Source of the DNA: Octopus sinensis
Taxonomy: Eukaryota
Direction of reading: 5' to 3'
DNA: 64,000 nt
Assembly (NCBI RefSeq): GCF_006345805.1
Contig: NC_042998.1
Span: 171,616,001 to 171,680,000 of the forward strand
Under the pieces are notes generated by a model. It was given only the letters and a program-made list of their open reading frames with translations. It made no database searches and had not been told where the DNA came from. Position 1 is the stretch's first letter; every line of letters begins with the position of its first letter. Both the position numbers and the translations under genes were made by a program. Below are positions 48,371 to 61,624 of the stretch, one piece after another.

Positions 48371-49132
48371 GCAATACTTCTATCATCTATCTTTCTCTTT
48401 ACACGATGAGGGTAGAGATTCTTTGTTGGTTAGGAAAAACAAGAGTTATTTAATTTGGCAATGGAAGAAGGAGCTAAATGATTTCTTATCAGTTAGATTT
48501 TATTTTTCTGTTTAAGTAATAACCTAAGTTACTTAATAAGTTAAACAAAACAAAAATAATGTAACAATTATGTCTAGTAGCAAAATCACATTATTGTTGG
48601 TGATACAGCATTCTGTTGCAGCTATATGACATGTTTGTGACTAAGTGATGTGTGATGACGATTCACTCCTGAACTGAAATAGGATCCCAGCATCTGTATC
48701 ATAGATGGTTATTTGGACCACTCCTAACAAAAGCCAGAGCTTCCTTCGACCACTACATAAAAAGTATTAAGACAAAAATGTTATTTAGATATACTTTCAT
48801 TTTAGTTGTTTACACTATTTTATGCTTGTTAATACTCTTATACATTCAAAGTTCACAAATTTCCTTATTTAAATTATGAATCATATTCCTTTCGATAATA
48901 TCAATATGATTACAAAACTTCTTTGTAGACGATATTTTCGGTTTGGTCAACACTAATTTTCAAATTACTGGAGTCTGTTGCTCTACTCATTGCGATGTAT
49001 AACTGGCCGTGTGTAAACATCGGAGTGGGTAAAAATACACCTACATGATCTAAAGTCTGGCCCTGTGCCTTGTTTTGCTGTGAATGCATGAGCGGAATCT
49101 TTAGGGCTGCAAAAAATCAAACTAAGACTTAC

Positions 49133-49260
49133 CTCTCACTGTTCTATGCAAATAATGTCTGGATGTTTTGGTACCCTGCATTATTTTGATTGACAAAACT
49201 GAGATGTGAACAACAGCCGCTTCGATTATCCATTTCGAATCCTGCTTGAGACCGACACAT
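49133..49260 (-). promoter_or_regulatory. Candidate non-coding first exon / promoter region of MAN2C1
   Basis: Consensus donor GAG|GTAAGT at 49133 in a locally CpG-enriched stretch; exon 1 has an acceptor 12 nt before the ATG; the 5' boundary is a guess. Confidence 0.45.
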
Positions 49261-49828
49261 TTCAATAACCACTAAATAATCACACACACTTTTTCCATTT
49301 TATTTTCGCTAGGAACCCTCCTCGCGACCCCCTTCGTATCTGCCGTGGGGCCACGAGCTATACGATGAAAATCAAGTGTTACTCATGGTCAGTGAATATT
49401 TAATGGGATCTTTTCCTTTTGAACGGCAGTTTTCAACACAATTTCTAGTTAACTAAACACTTTTAAACTTCGTATACTGGTAGAATGTGTCAAAATAAAA
49501 CATTTTTTTTTCTCTTGGCTTTCTTGAGAAAATTGTAATTTGTAAGTTTAACATAGTTTAATTATTCGAATTTTAACCAATCCTATGGCCTCTATTGAGC
49601 TAAAATCATTTGCTGCGTCTAAAACTGAGACAACATCCTGTCACTAACCCTAAATTTTGGCCTTACATTTTTTTTTTCTTAATTGTTACGCGTGTGTCTA
49701 AAAGTATTCGTTTTGTTTTTGTGTGAGTTTCTGCTTTCGTTTTTTTTTTCTTAATTGTTAAATTAAAATTATTTTCCATTGCTTTGGGTTTTTTTTTTTT
49801 TTTCTGAATTGTTATCCTTAAATTAATA

Positions 49829-50762
49829 AATGCGAAGGTGGTTTATCAATTCAAAAACCAGTATCCATGAAATAATCATACTTTCTGATTTTTTAATGCT
49901 AAAAACTTTCCCGACGACAGTCTTTGGGTAATCTTTCAGTATAAATTAAAATTAATGGGGAAATCATTAGGTTGTCATATCTAAATAACGGTATGCACAC
50001 TCACAAAGTGATTGTACATTAGGAGAACTTTGTAGATCCGACAAATAACGACGTCTATACGCAAAATGTGGAGAATATATGGATGCAGGTAAAAAGAAAA
50101 TTACGACGTCAATTTGGAATGTTAGACCATTTATTGGTTTCATATTTACACGAGTTTATATGGAGGAATTCTGTAACAATGAAAAAAACTTTAGTTCACT
50201 TTTTGGTGGCTATAGCCAATGTCTACGTTGTTCAACAGTAAGTTGGCTTATTTAACCCCCCTTGTTATTGCCCCCTTTAATTTTTATTTACTTTTTTTAA
50301 ACATCATATACTGAAAGTTTACCCGTCTTTGTAATCCCGAAAAGTATCGTAACCATTGGTCCTACCGTCTGGCTGTGAAGAGGGGACAGACAAACAGACA
50401 TAACGCCCATTATAGTAAGATAGCAAATCTGCCCGTCTACGTTGGGAAATAACGAGATAGTATCGCAAATCTAAGCCCTTTAAATTCACGACCTATTCGG
50501 GTGGAGGGGATCCAGAATGAATTCTCGTCGCTGGAATTTTAACAAAAAAAATCAAAGGTGATTTATTAATGCAAAACTCAGTATCCAGTAAATAGTCATA
50601 CCTTTTCTCATTTTGTCAAATTGAATAGATCCCATTTTTTTTTTTCGCTAAAAACCTTCCTACCTCCTTCGTAATCCCGAAAAAACACCGTGACTAATGA
50701 TCCAGCCGTTTCACCGTGAAGAAGGAACAAACAGACGGACATAACGCCCATTATGGTAAGAT
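49829..50762 (+). mobile_element. Two tandem related non-autonomous elements (Helitron-like)
   Basis: Shared blocks cagtatcca...gctaaaaac and gtaatcccgaaaa...gtgaag...caaacagac...acataacgcccattat(a/g)gtaagat; no TIR or TSD seen; family call is from resemblance only. Confidence 0.45.
49972..50241 (+). pseudogene. Merlin / IS1016-IS1595 (ISXO2-like) DDE transposase C-terminal fragment
   Basis: HKVIVH*ENFVDPTNNDVYTQNVENIWMQVKRKLRRQFG...SYLHEFIWR, with one in-frame stop. Confidence 0.85.
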
Positions 50763-51449
50763 TTAGTAATTATTATTTAATTGTAAACTTTAAAGCTAAC
50801 TGTAATAATGGGCGTTTTTCATTTTTGCAGGATGTCTCCCTCTGTTCGTGATAACCGGTGGACGTATAAAATACGAGAAAGTACACATAAAACCGGTGTG
50901 CAATTAAACAAAACTAATTGATGACGAAAACCAACTCAAGATTAAGATAACCGCAAATTATTTCAAGTTAATTACGTGGTTTATTACACCTTACAGAAAG
51001 GCATGATTACAATATTTCACTTCAGTAAAACTTCAACCAGACATCAATGCAACACGCAGAGTATGACAAAACAAAAATAAAACTCCTACGTGGATTGTTT
51101 ATATAGATGCAAATGTAAATATATACGACATTTCAATAGCGAAAATAAACAAATATGCAAATTAAAAATAGCTACGTACCAGAATATGGCTGGTAACATA
51201 CGACCTGTAGTAAAGCGCAAGATATATCAACGAATATAGACTGATGTTTATTTAGTTCAATAATAAAGATGCACAAGGTGCTCGGTGCATTATTTATACC
51301 AAGTGTGATAACTCTTACTATCGAGAACCCAAGGTAGGTAACTCTTGCATTCTTGTAACCAAGAGAGATAACTTTCTTGGCTCCACGTCACCGAGGGCAT
51401 CTCTACGAGAAAAAGAGGTCCTCACCGAAAATAAACTTTTCGGTAAAAG

Positions 51450-51600
51450 CAATGTTTTTACCTTGGATATCAAGAAAGCCTTTCACCGTATCTGGCATGG
51501 AAATTTCCTATCAAACTTCTCGCCCAAGAGTTACCACCACCTCTTATCTCTTGCCTTTCAGATCGCAAAATCATGACACAGCCTCTTCCTTCAGACTCAA
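51450..51600 (+). mobile_element. LINE RT fragment (L2/Jockey-like)
   Basis: FTLDIKKAFHRIWHG resembles the LDxxKAFDRVWH motif. Confidence 0.65.
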
Positions 51601-52169
51601 CATTAAAAAAAAGTAAATAAATAAGAAAAAGATAGCTATTCTAAAACCCTCAATATTCCACTTTTTCACCAACTTCTGTGGGGAAAACCTGCACATAGTC
51701 ATCACGATTTTCCATCCAAACCATTAACCGGTAGCAACTCGCATTAAATGTGGAAAGCACTAATGTCAGTTCTCAGTAGTCCTAGACTAGAAAGACATAA
51801 AAATATATAAACAGATTTCTTTAATTCTCTGACAACCTCATAACGAATCGGTATTGTATTATTGACTATGAGGTTATTTTAAGTTACTGCAGATATATAT
51901 ATATATGTGTCTTCATTAAACAATCGTTTTGATGAAAAACTGGCGAAATATTAATTTTATTGGAATATAATATGTATGTATATGATACATATATAATACA
52001 AATCCACGTTAAAAATACAAACTTAAAATCTGGAAAAAAGTGGGAAAAGAGGAAAAAAAAACCATTTATTCAACACCAAGTGCCTCAACTGGCTGCTCAT
52101 CACAAGCTTCAACAGAACCTACTGAAGCAAGTCAACATGCTTGCAGCGTTACCTTGGGCGATTGCACGG

Positions 52170-52430
52170 CTAACACATTGGAACAGCCAGGGTACCCTCA
52201 CAGGCTTCATCTGACATCTCGGTAGGGCAAACCTTCAACAATGACAAGAATTTTGCTGTTAGCAGCCTAGTGCCTCCAAATGCCACAGGATAGAAGAAAT
52301 AGTTCACTGACAAGTCCCAATACTTAAGGATTTTGTTCCATTTGGCTATGGAAGCAGTGACCCTCCCATTTACTGCAGCATCCATGATGTGATAGGAAGC
52401 AAAGGAATCAACGGACTGGGACATCCAAGT
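52170..52430 (-). mobile_element. RLE-type non-LTR endonuclease fragment
   Basis: VDSFASYHI...KILKYWDLSVNYFFYPVAF. Confidence 0.6.
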
Positions 52431-54529
52431 AGTTTTTTTTTAAATGTATCTGATAGTGACTTGGTATTTGAGGCTGTAGAAAATAAAGGTTAGAATCCGA
52501 GGAAACTCAGTCTTAGCAATTAAAGACCAGACTCCAATATTTGAGATCCTATCCAAATTTCCGAACTTTACCAAATGGTTTTAATTGGCACAGTATTGAT
52601 ATTTCATCAAAGCCCTTCAGTGGAAACAAATGATAGCCATTTAAATGTTTATATTAGTATTCTTTAGAAATTTCTATTAAAATTAAGCTTCGAGGGTACT
52701 GGTCTACATAAACGTCAGAGAAAAAAAGGCACATGCTGTATAAGATAGCATATAGACATGGGAGCAATTAACCACTACAAAATTAGCTTCTATTTGATTA
52801 AAATGATTTGCTTTGCAAAATGCCATTCAGTGAAAGGGAATGTAACCTTGTTATCTACACATAGTAGAAATAATTTTCAGAAGCACGATACATGACTTTT
52901 ATTGGTTATCATTAACCAATCAAATTGTATATTTTTGGTACATTAATTGTTCAACGAACAACTTATTGGAACTTAGCTAAATATGAATAGTTGTTGCTGA
53001 ACATTGATTTGAGTCAAAACTGGAATCAACGGGATTCCTTGCTCTCTACTTTCTTAGTTCAAATCTTGCTGAGGTCAACTTTTCCAGTGTTGATATAACA
53101 GAACATGTCAAGTATTTGGGAGAGTCTAATCCACTGTCTATTTTCCTCCAAATATCTGGTCTTGTACAGGTGTTACAGTTCAATATTCCCATAGATGTTT
53201 CACATTCCATACATTAATTCTTGTGCATTTCAAGTATTCACATTCCACATATCAATCCTTGTGCTGTTTTTAAATGACACTGAGTTGAAACAGTGAACTT
53301 CTTGAATCATCATGAAAAACATATGTGACGAATGATGGAAATGCTCCATGATTCCAGACAGATTTACATTACAACATGTAGTAGACAATGCATGCCATAA
53401 GATTTACTAGCAAGCTCTGGGGAGATCTTTTTTTTTTTAATGTAATGAAAGATAAAAGAAAATTGCATAAAACCAGTTTGCATTGCTGTGTGAACAAACA
53501 CTTTTAAATTTCACATATACACTTTCATTTACTGAGAGAAGAGGACTTGAGCTTCTTGCACTCTCTCATATCTGTCATTTGATATGACACCATTCTGCAC
53601 TACTTTTATTGATTCTATGGCTAGTACATGCCCTGCTTTGCTGGATGTTCTCACTGTCTCAGCAACTGATGACCCAGCTGACTTAAAATTCTGAATTGAT
53701 CTTATGACTAAACTGCTGTCAGCTATAATGTTTTTGGTATTAATAACCCATTTGAAACTGCCTCTATGATCAGAACCCTATTGTTTTAAAAGGGGCATAT
53801 ACATATAAGCCAAAAGTTTTTCATAATTTATGTAAGAACTCCTTTAAGCTATGTTTTTAGTTAGTTATTTCACTAAATTACCTTCAAATTTTTGTTTACA
53901 AAATTAATTGAACCACATAGATTATGTATTTCATGAGAAATATGACCTTGAAAAGATTAATAGCTGATCTCTTTCTTGGGGCTGCTTGGGGGCAATTTCT
54001 CACTTTCTCATGTATTCTTCAAATTCAAAAGCCTCGTGTAGCATTTCATGCCTCATTCATTTTAATGTCTGATAATGAGTGTTCCATTATCATTGCGTAC
54101 CTACTTCTCTTCACCTCTATATCAACTTTCTTTAAAACATTGTCCTGCAATCCAAAACACTTCATGCTCCAACTCTTCACACTGTAGAATATGTGTATAC
54201 CTCTTTCTTTTTGTTTTTCCCTTTCTTATATATGTTTCTGATGTCTGACTTCTAATCTAGGAACTTGATATTGTTCTACACACTTTCTTTCAATCTTTTA
54301 GGACTGCCTTTTAGCTGTTATGGCTCTATCTACACTATTATTTTATCACCATATCCCCTTCTGTCTATCTGGAAACTTAGCACCAGCCTCAGATCTGGTT
54401 TGTAGTCTTCTGCAGATTTTCTCATAGAACCCCTCAGTTGTCCATTATGTTAAAAATTTCTATCTCCTCTTCCCTCTTATCCTATATGTCACACACACAC
54501 AATATCAACGTACTCACTTGTCATCATGC

Positions 54530-54768
54530 CTCTCACACCTACACACACACACACACACATATATACACACACTGGTACATATGCACTCACATATACTCAT
54601 ACATAGATACAAAAGCACATACATACACAAACACATACATATACACAGAGTAATATAATGCCTCTCACCACCAAATCAAACTACAGCAGGTAAACTGTCC
54701 ACACCACTCCTTTACACAGACACTACCACACACACACACACCACACACACACACACCACACACACACA
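54530..54768. repeat. (CA)n / (CATA)n compound microsatellite
   Basis: Directly visible. Confidence 0.9.
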
Positions 54769-54839
54769 GGTGCCATTTTTGTACTCTCCTACTTTTAAAA
54801 ACCACTTTCTCTATCTCTCTCCACTTCTGGGCACTTCAG

Positions 54840-55750
54840 TCATGGAATCACACAAGAAGTACTGTCTCAAAAGTACTGACAGCCTTTGGGAAAGTGGGAA
54901 AGTATCACAAAAGTACAGCTCACAAAATTACTGCCAGGCTTAATGGCCACCTCGAGAACCCAGTTTCCCCAAAAACTGTTCACCGGGAGCTGCCCAAAGC
55001 CGGATTTCATGGGAGGGCTTCAATCAGAAAACAGCTAATTTCAACAACAAACGTTGCAAAGTGTTTAGAGTGGAATAAAAACCTACAGAATTGGTCCCTA
55101 GAGCAGTGGAAGAACGTTATTTTCTTGGACGAATCATCCTTTACCTCATTTCCGACCACCAGCTGAGTATATGTGTGGAAACAGCCAAAAGAAGCATTTG
55201 ACCCAGACTGCCTTCTTCCAACTGTTAAAGATGGAGGAGGGTAATTGATGATCAGGTGGGGGGGTGCTATATCTTGGAAATCCGCCAGACCAACGGTTTC
55301 CCTTCATGGCAAAATTAATAGTCAAGACTATTTAAGCATTTTATCTTATCAAATTCATCCAATGGTTGCGGAACTGTCTCTGGAGGGAAACACAATCTTT
55401 CAGGATGATAATGCACCAGTTCACACAGCTATGGCATGAGGAACATTCTAGTGAAGTTGAACATCTTATCTGGCCACCACAGTCCCCAGATGTCAATATT
55501 ATTGAACATTTATGGTGCATTTTAGAAAAACAAGTAAGGAGTTGATATCCTCCACCATCATCACTACAAGAACTGGAGACTGTTGTAGCTGAAGAATGGA
55601 CAAAAATTCCTTTGGAAACAATTTAAACTTTGTACGAGTCCATACCTCATAGAATTCAAGCTGTAATTACTACCAAAGGCAGTCTTACCCCATATTAAAA
55701 TAAATTTGTTTGAAATCTTAAGGTGTTTCCATTATTTTGTCCAGCCTCTG
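54840..55750 (+). mobile_element. Decayed Tc1-like (DD34E) transposon, 5'-truncated
   Basis: VIFLDESSF, IFQDDNAPVH, WPPQSPDVNIIEHLW; right end ttattttgtccagcctctg|TA. Confidence 0.92.
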
Positions 55751-57299
55751 TATATCATCATCATCATAAGTGTCTGTATTCCATGCTGGCATGGAGTCGA
55801 TGGATTGAGAGGATCTCACTGGTCAGAGGACTGTGTTGAGCTCCAATGTTTGTTTTGATGCACTTACCATCTTGAGATGACAGTAAGCAAGCCCAAACTT
55901 CAAAGTCATTGTGAAACTTTCCTTGTTAAAACAAAAATGGTACTTTCGGAAATGTACTGCATGGTCCTATCCTTTAATGTTCAAGCATTTTACATGTATG
56001 TATGTGTGTGTGTGTGTGTGTGTATGCATGTGTATATGCATGTATAAGCACTTCACTGTCAACCCTGTAACACATTGAAACTAGATATGCTGGACCAGTT
56101 ATTAAAACCCTGCAATGTAAAATCATTGGTAATAAGAGGGCATTTAGCCATGGAAGCCAAACCAGAATTATGCAAACTTTTGACCAAAACTTACGACCAT
56201 ATAAGAGAGCAATAACTTCAAATGGGAATTAATTTAGATCATAATGACTCATCTAACCCATGCCAACTTGGAAAGAAGACATAAAACAGTGATGCATGAA
56301 AGTCTATACATGACCTGAATACTACAATTAATAACGAGGTATTATTTTGTGTTCATATCAATAAAATGGCAATCTACTTACAGCTTGAAGGATGGATCCT
56401 GATAACATTTAAAACGAGAAAGTCGAAGTCCTAGTGGTCCTATGGGAGATATTTGTTCTCAGTTGGTTGGATTATTTCTCATAACTATGATCATTTCATG
56501 GTGGCAAGTCCACCATTGCATCCAGTGCAACACAATGTTCATACACCAAAATATTGCAGATAAACAACTAGGAAAGTTTGACCTTTCAACATTTAAACTG
56601 GCCATATCTGTCTCAAATATTCTATCTTGTGTTATGTTCAAACTGACCAGGTCAGGCGTGCCACACCTCCCTAAAATGTCAGTCTCATAATCAACAGTAA
56701 CATCATTGAAGCCTCAAAGCTGTGAGATAATATAATGCATGATTAGTTCGAAATAATGTGAATAAGTAAGTATTAGATTTTTCAGAGTAATCTGAATGCT
56801 AAAGGGTTAAAATGTTCAGACTGTTTCCTGGTAGGAAAATAAGAAATATCTGCTGTAATTTACAATTATAGCTACATATTGCAATTACTTTGGAACAGAA
56901 AGATTTAGATAGTAATAAGTGGCTGATAAAATTAAGCAGGCAAATAACAATATTCAAAGCAAATTTGTGATTTATAATTATATTTTAAACATGCTGTATA
57001 TCCAAAAGACTTTGAGGAGACTGCCACCAAATCAAAATTGAACACCACTGACTGGTGCGAAAAGCGCCACACTCTCTTTCTCTCCGTCTCGAGTTTGGAC
57101 TTAACACTACAACTTGGGGTTCTGCAATAGCTTCTCAATATCCACTCATAAAACTTCAGGGTGTCTGCTTGCATTAAATACCAACAAATTCATTTGACAC
57201 TTGCTAGTGCACTCTGTAAAGCTTAAGTGAAACCCACAATAGAATATTGTTACAGCATCCAACATACAGTAGCAATATGACTGTGTGTTGCTGTACACA

Positions 57300-57700
57300 C
57301 AGTCATTCTGGATTACATTCAAAGGAGGGCCACTTGACTGATTGGCACAGATATGTTCCTACCTGTGGCCCATAGATGTGGTGTCTCTTCTATGTTTCTT
57401 TTCTATTGCTACTAATAATGATTCCGTTCTTCACAGCAAGTTGGTTTCTTACCTCCACCAGTCAGGCATCTCCAAACCATTCATCTTTCCATCTCTTATT
57501 ATCCTTGTTGTGCTCAATTTCATCTATCCTCACCCCATGCACTGCATTAACTACTATTTCCCAAAATATTGTCATTCCGGAATCTTCCTCCTCCTTATGT
57601 CTTCTCTGCAGACATTGCCTCGCAATAGTTTAAGCATAACATTAGTGGCTTCAATATCATCTGTTGCAAAGGGCCTGGACATTTCCCCTTTTTTCCAAAC
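57300..57700 (+). mobile_element. Decayed L2/Crack-like LINE 3' coding end
   Basis: LDYIQRRAT, PVAHRCGVSSMFLFYCY. Confidence 0.55.
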
Positions 57701-58689
57701 TCAGCAGGAAAAAAAAAATGATCCCAGATAAAACTACACTCCAATTGAACAGAAAATAGCTTTAAATTTCTTCATTCATCAAATACAGAACAAAGGTTAC
57801 AGCAGCAACATTTCAACACGACAAACATCTGTGATCTGAAACCATAAAATAAATACATTTTGGGGTAGAAAAAATATCCTAAAATGCATACAAAAACCAG
57901 CAACAAGCTATTATTGCAAATCATTTTACTTACAATTGTATATTTTTTCCTTTACTTATTACAATAGTAAAACCCATTCATTCATAAAACATACAGAAGT
58001 AAATAATTTGAAGCGTTTAGTATTTTCGTATTAAGTCAAATTTATTATGTCAAATTGAAAAACAATTTTTCAGTTACATTTTGGATTTAGACATAACACT
58101 CACAGTTACATAAAACAAATAAATAAATACAAACAAGGAAATAAAAGTAACAAGAACTATCAGTACACTATATGAAGAATTGTTGTTAGGAAAATTGTTA
58201 TGGATTTTTTTTTTTAATGTTATATCACACAAGGATGGTGGATGGCAGAATTGGTAGAATGTGATATTTAGTTACATCTCTTCACATTCTTAGTTCAAAT
58301 CCCACCATTATTGACTTTGCCTTTATTTCTTTGGAATAGATAAAATTAGTACAAGTTGCTCTGCGTTTTAAATTGATGTAATGATTGCATTGTTCAATTA
58401 AATGGAGTTGCATGAAACGATCGTACTGCATTAATAATCCTCTGAATAACCCTAAACTTTAACTGTATACAATATAGCAACATTGTTTAAAATATTTAAC
58501 TATAGTACTATATGATAAGACTTCCTCTGTTTCATTATCAATGGTCTGCTGGTGGGCGACTCACTTAATTGTCAGCTAACATCTTGTTTTAAGTTTTCCT
58601 TTACCAAACCTCATGATATTGCTTCTAATAAATATTGATTTTTATGGCTATACCAACTATGATGTCTACTCCCTCAGCCCTACCCTTAA

Positions 58690-59600
58690 TAGATACTGCC
58701 CTCTGTTCTCTCGGCCTCTTTTTTCTTCATAATTGGAGTGAATAGTATGTTTTGGGGGTAGTTGTTCTTAATAGATTGTTATTAAGCCTGATCATTTCTT
58801 CATGGTGGGTATCACAATCGCTACTAATATTCTTTGCTCGATGTTTTAGGCACTGAACAATCCCTCTCTTTACACTGTACGGATAGTGGGAATTGAAGTT
58901 AAGGTATCATCCAGTGAAGGCCGGCTTGCAGTATACGGATGTCCTCAATCCATACTTGGTGCATGTTATTAAAACATCCATGAATGCTAGCTGATTGTCT
59001 TTTTCCTTTTCCATTGTGAACTGTATGGATGGCTTTATTGAGTTCGCAGCCATTGGGTTGGTTTTAGTGGTGTTGATCCTAAAGCCAAATTCTCAAAGTA
59101 TTCCACGTATATATTGGCTATTATCAGTGATAATAGCAAACCAATTGCTAAATCCTCTTCTTGTCGATATATATCAGTGTCCATACTGAAGCATGTAGTT
59201 TCCACACAGAAGGTCAACATTTCCATCAAGTTTCTTATTGGTTTACTAGTGTGTTCTTTTAGATGGGTGTCTGTTACTAGTTTCTCTTGAATCACCGACA
59301 GTACTTCACCAGTTGGGACTTTAGTGAACAGACTTATCACATCTAGACTCACCATCTGGTTGGATTCAATGGGAGTATTCTCGATCAATTCTGTGAAGTG
59401 GATGGAATTCTTCATGTGGGATGTTGACTTTCCTATTAACGGACTGATTATATCCACAAAGAAGCGACTCAGTGGATGACACGGTGAACCTCTACAGCTC
59501 ACTATAGGTGTTAATGGAATACCATCCTTGTGAATCTTAGGGAGACCATACATGTGTGATAGTTAACTGTAGCGTTGAATCAGTTGCCTGTACTCCATTG
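58690..59600 (-). mobile_element. Penelope-like element RT fragment
   Basis: MYGLPKIHKDGIPL.PIVS, MVSLDVISLFTKVP, IQFTMEKE...LAFMDVLI, YLNFNSHYP. Confidence 0.9.
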
Positions 59601-59659
59601 GTGTAAAGTGATCCTTGTTCTTGATCAAGATCTGTGACAACGTCCTCTCTGTATATATA

Positions 59660-61060
59660 TTCTGAAAAGAAAGAGGCTTGGAGAAGCCATTATGAAAGAC
59701 TGTTGAATGTGGAGAATGAATGGGAGGAGGAGAGTCTGCTAAATGTTGACCCAGTAGAGGGACCAGCTATCCCAATAGACCGCTCCCTAGTAGATAAAGC
59801 AATTAAGGGTATGAAGCCAGGAAAAGCCCCCAGCCCACCAGGAATCACTGCTGAGATGCTTAAAGCATCTGGTGGTGTGGGCTATGGCCTAGTCACCCGC
59901 ATTGTAGACCTGGTAGTTCATAACGGAGTCATAATCAATGACAGGCGTAGCAGCACCATAGTCAACTGCTACAAGGGTAAAGGTGATGCTCTAGATAGAA
60001 ATAACTACAGAAGTATTAAACTGCTGGATCAAGTGATGAAGGTCACAGAGAGGATCATAGTCCATCTCATTAGGGAGAGAGTCTGCTTAGAATGAGATGC
60101 AGTTCGGTTTTGTGCCAGGTAGAAGCACCACTGATGCCATATTCCTGGTTCAACAACTGCAAGAGAAATACCTAGCTAAAGATAAACCCCTCTACATAGC
60201 TTTCGTGGACTTGGAGAAAGCCTTTGACAGGGTCCCCCAATCCCTTATCTGGTGGGTGATGCGGAAACTGGAGATTGACGAATGGTTGATAAGGGCTGTA
60301 CAGGCCCTATACAGAGAGGCCGTTAGTAAGGTTAGGATTGGCAACGAGTATAGTGAAGAATTCTGGGTAGAAGTAGGGGTCCACCAATGTTCAGCCCTCA
60401 GTCCCCTTTTATTGATCATACTCCTCCAGGCAATAACAGAAGAATTCAAGACGGGTTGCTCCTGTGAGCTCCTCTATGCTGATGACCTGGCCCTCATAGT
60501 GGAACCACTACCGGAACTAGAAAAGAAAGTTCGGGTATGGAAGCTAGGTTTAGAATCAAAAGGCCTTAGAGTAAATGTAGCAAAGACCAAAGTTCTAGTA
60601 AGTAGGAAGGCGAACTCATCACACAACCCATCAGGTAGGTGGCCCTGCTCAATCTGTAGAAAAGATGTAGGTAGAAACTCCATAAGATGTACCCAGTGTA
60701 AGCTATGGATGCATAAGAAGTGCAGCAACATCAAAGGAAAACTAACCAAGAAGATAGCTTTCGTGTACAGAAGATGCACAGAGGCAATAGACAACACAGA
60801 TACTCAGAAAACAGATTCCATCACACTCCAGGGGAAGAAACTAGAAGTAGTTTCTGCTACCTAGGTGACCAAGTTAGTAGTAGAAGTGGATGCTCAGAGA
60901 GTGTCACCACTAGAATACGAATAGCCTGGGCAAAGTTTAGGAAGCTTCTACCCCTACTGGTGACAAAGGGTCTTTTGTTCAGAGTGAAAAGAAGATTGTA
61001 CGATGCATGCGTGCGAACTGCCATGCTTCACGGTAGTGAAACATGGTCTGTGACTGCAGG
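59660..61060 (+). mobile_element. RTE LINE ORF2 (RT plus PHD-like Cys/His insert), frameshifted
   Basis: [62 protein letters not shown]. Confidence 0.95.
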
Positions 61061-61135
61061 GGTATTAAACTGCTGGATCAAGTGATGAAGGTCACAGAGA
61101 GGATCATAGTCCATCTCATATATATATATATATAT

Positions 61136-61551
61136 GGCAATCTTTCGTCTCTAGTAGACCTTTCCGTCGATTTCCGTAAAAACTTTTTTTTTTTTACATA
61201 TGGGCTTGCGGGAACTTTTGAAATAATGAGAGCGAAAGAGACTAAGAGAAAGCGATTTTATGACGAGGGAAGTTCTTTTGAAGTTACCGTGCATGGCAAG
61301 CATTGATGTACATGTGTGTGTGTGTGTTTGATGGGGTGTGGGAGACAGACAGTATGTTGTGTAAGTGAAATGCTTCTGTTAGTGTGTGTGAAGAGACAGA
61401 GTAATGTGTGAAAGAAAGAGATAACTGAAATTTTTTACTCGGTGTACGTGTATATGTATGTATATTACTTCAAAAGTTCCCGCAAGCCCATATGTAAAAA
61501 AAATATTTTTTAACGGAAATCGACGGAAAGGTCTACTAGAGACGAAAGATC

Positions 61552-61554
<3 letters not shown>
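61136..61554. mobile_element. MITE with ~90-bp TIRs embedded in (TA)n
   Basis: ggcaatctttcgtctctagtagacctttccgtcgatttccg...gggcttgcgggaacttttgaa is mirrored at ~61462-61554. Confidence 0.9.

Positions 61555-61624
<70 letters not shown>
61555..61624. repeat. (TA)n microsatellite (others at 61119-61135 and ~63945-64000)
   Basis: Directly visible. Confidence 0.95.

Noticed and set aside
56382-56670. Single in-frame TGA suggesting selenocysteine
   Set aside because: No selenoprotein motif or SECIS seen; the frame runs into a stop in the next candidate exon.
56932-57174. 80-aa minus-strand ORF (MQADTLKF...)
   Set aside because: No recognisable homology or exon boundaries.
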